Positions 63,070-64,000 of a DNA stretch of 64,000 nt are shown here, in pieces. The notes under the pieces are model-generated. The model was not told the origin of the DNA, did no database searches, and saw only the letters and a program-made list of their open reading frames with translations. This stretch comes from the human T2T-CHM13v2.0 reference genome, Homo sapiens: NCBI RefSeq assembly GCF_009914755.1, contig NC_060927.1; one strand, written 5' to 3'. How positions within the stretch are numbered: the first letter of the stretch is position 1; each line of letters begins with the position of its first letter. The position numbers and the translations under genes are program-made.

Positions 63070-63295
63070 GTTAAAGAAAGATAATTCTGACACTTGTTAA
63101 AAACCGTAAAGACTTTATTCAGTATTATTGCAATGCGAGTTGCAATAAGGGAGAGCGATAGGGCTCAACTATGAATATAACAATGACAAGTGGGGATTTA
63201 TAGCCAAGGAGCAGGGTGAGGGGAGGCAGTGGATGAAGAATCACTAAGAGGCGATATGAAAGGTAAGGGGATTCTTACCAAACTCACCTAATAGT
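63070..63295 (-). mobile_element. MER31/MER67-like ERV1 LTR fragment
   Basis: 'tgttaaagaaa...ttctgacacttgttaaaa...gactttattca...ggggatttatagccaaggagcaggg'; minus-strand TATA (ctataaat) and AATAAA. Confidence 0.65.
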
Positions 63296-64000
63296 TTTCC
63301 TTCTTTTTTTTTATTATTATTATACTTTAAGTTTTAGGATACATGTGCACATTGTGCAGGTTAGTTACATATGTATACATGTGCCATGCTGGTGTGCTGC
63401 ACCCACTAACTCGTCATCTAGCATTAGGTATATCTCCCAATGCTATCCCTCCCCCCTCCCCCCACCCCACAACAGTCCCCAGAATGTGATGTTCCCCTTC
63501 CTGTGTCCATGTGATCTCATTGTTCAATTCCCACCTACGAGTGAGAATGCGCAGTGCTTGGTTTTTTGTTCTTGCGATAGTTTACTGAGAATGACGATTT
63601 CCAATTTCATCCATGTCCCTACAAAGGACATGAACTCTTCATTTTTTATGGCTGCATAGTATTCCATGGTGTATATGTGCCACTTTTTCTTAATCCACTC
63701 TTTCATTGTTGGACATATGGGTTGGTTCCAAGTCTTTGCTATTGTGAATAATGCCGCAATAAACATACGTGTGCATGTGTCTTTATAGCAGCATGATTTA
63801 TAGTCCTTTAGGTATATACCCAGTAATGGGATGGCTGGGTCAAATGGTATTTCTAGTTCTAGATCCCTGAGGAATCGCCACACTGACTTCCACAATGGTT
63901 GAACTAGTTTACAGTCCCACCAACAGTGTAAAAGTGTTCCTATTTCTCCACATCCTCTCCAGCACCTGTTGTTTCCTGACTTTTTAATGTTTGCCATTCT
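63296..64000 (-). mobile_element. Young L1PA2/3-like 3' end, runs off the window
   Basis: 'cactaactcgtcatctagc' (GAG, non-Ta), 'gtgatctcattg', 'tttactgagaatga'; 157-aa ORF2 C-terminal fragment with CWRGC...HCWWDC. Confidence 0.95.

Noticed and set aside
63447-63470. G-quadruplex-like tract on the minus strand
   Set aside because: Standard L1PA 3'UTR G-rich tract.

Overview
This is AT-rich, CpG-depleted, repeat-dense primate genomic DNA. It is most likely human or another hominoid, given AluY, L1PA2-like, THE1C and HSMAR2 elements, and it looks like gene desert or a large intron. I see no recognisable host protein-coding gene. The longest ORF (459 aa) is the RT part of a truncated L1 ORF2, and most other ORFs are repeat- or microsatellite-derived noise. 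Content: many L1 copies of different ages (three with twin-priming-type inversions), 9 dimeric Alus and a FAM, and a near full-length HSMAR2 mariner. Also present are MER45, MER30, Tigger1 and Tigger4 DNA transposons, a complete two-LTR THE1C element, several solo LTRs, and L2, MIR and L3 relics. Most notable non-routine signals: (i) well-formed minus-strand exon candidates (62482-62109, 51842-51769, 51327-~51197) that could form an LTR-initiated spliced transcript with a 101-105 aa de novo ORF; (ii) a locally templated inverted insertion inside HSMAR2 and other fold-back or palindromic scars. I cannot support a claim of a new biological system. Subfamily names come from recalled consensus sequences, not from a database search, and boundaries of old elements are approximate.
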